Positions 63,401 through 64,000 of a stretch of DNA of 64,000 nt are shown here, in pieces; position 1 is the first letter of the stretch; every line of letters begins with the position of its first letter. Origin of the DNA: Azolla caroliniana (lineage: Eukaryota > Plantae > Polypodiophyta); contig JBHGNT010000021.1 in assembly GCA_043228905.1 (NCBI GenBank), positions 10,912,001 to 10,976,000 on the forward strand, given 5' to 3'. The translations under genes were made by a program, and so were the position numbers. The notes below the pieces were generated by a model. That model worked only from the letters and a program-made list of their open reading frames with translations. It had not been told where the DNA came from and did no database searches.

Positions 63401-64000
63401 GTTATGTCGGTGAATCGGTGTCCTATGCCAACCGGATCTCGTAAACTTGGGTCTGACGCAACCCCTTTCATCCGTAACTCGCTGCCCTCCAGCAAGGGTG
63501 CCACGACTGGCCTCACCTTCCAGTCCACAGTCTTGTACTTCGTATCCACTTGGGCCGTCCGATCTGACTCGAGTCCTCTACCGAAGTTGGCGATGACTTC
63601 GTACATCTTTTGCGAACATACCGGAATCGTTCGATCTTCACTAAGGCCCTCTCTGAACATCTTCCGTAACTTCCCCAAGGTGTCGTCAAGAGAGTCCGCC
63701 TCCACAGCTCCGTTGATTTCCTCTTCGGGGGCGAGGACTTTGCATGCCCTAAGTCGCTCTTTTGCTAGCTTCTTCTCCCGGCCAACGACGCCGGCTATTG
63801 TACAACCTCCGCTGTCGGAGAACCAAAACTTCCTACCTATGTTACAGGTTCTTCTGCCTACTGTACATGTGTGGGGTTTTTCCGGAGTGTCCGGACTATC
63901 GCGTCCCCACGCCTTGATAGCCCTCTCTGAAAATCCCCTCGGCTTTTGCCGCCAAGGGTCTCGCGGTTACGCTCATGGTTCAATCATACCATCAGAAACT
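60474..64000 (-). mobile_element. Degenerate gypsy B of the same family as gypsy A (LTR-tip fragment, IN, RH, RT, end of PR); continues beyond the window
   Basis: RT 62180-63166 (GDLYSGYDQ, PFLDDIPIKG); IN NPEANGKVERGH; LTR-tip motif GCGGGACCACGGGGGTCTTGGA near 60497, shared with the solo LTR near 59856. Confidence 0.9.
63871..63936 (-). promoter_or_regulatory. Second copy of the putative -1 frameshift signal
   Basis: GGATTTT, 7-nt spacer, stem GGCTATC/GATAGTC, loop GTGGGG pairing with CCCCAC; the -1 frame is open into the ORF at 63286-63705. Confidence 0.75.

Overview
Eukaryotic plant genomic DNA, probably from a non-seed land plant (inferred from the TE lineages present; not proven). It is mostly nested transposable elements around one intact-looking host gene, a five-exon, two-domain DJ-1/PfpI (DJ-1D, glyoxalase III-like) gene on the minus strand (46689-49170, 387 aa). 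There are three full-length Ty1/copia elements with paired LTRs, PBS, PPT and 5-bp TSDs (2847-8296, 14365-19754, 50146-56114) and a fourth partial one. A Ty3/gypsy family with TGTCGY...RYGACA termini, a tRNA-Trp PBS and 4-bp TSDs is present as a large element (10124-26710, with a 3.2-kb satellite in one LTR), a rearranged mini-element, two solo LTRs and a second pol. Also present are a Tcn1/Tf2-like gypsy, two inverted decayed copies of a Sola2-like DNA transposon with a second gene, and two copies of an LTR family carrying a long coiled-coil ORF just before the 3' LTR. Best leads: (1) a conserved G_GAU_UUU slippery site plus a covarying pseudoknot joining Gag-PR to RT in the -1 frame in two diverged gypsy copies; (2) CpG-centred (NCGN) target sites at every readable insertion of that family; (3) tRNA-like Pol III A/B-box modules inside its LTRs; (4) two apparent inversions of the R/U5 part of a 5' LTR at PBS-complementary motifs; (5) a copia RNase H C-terminal extension between two PPTs. 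All alignments and counts were done by eye; no database searches were run.
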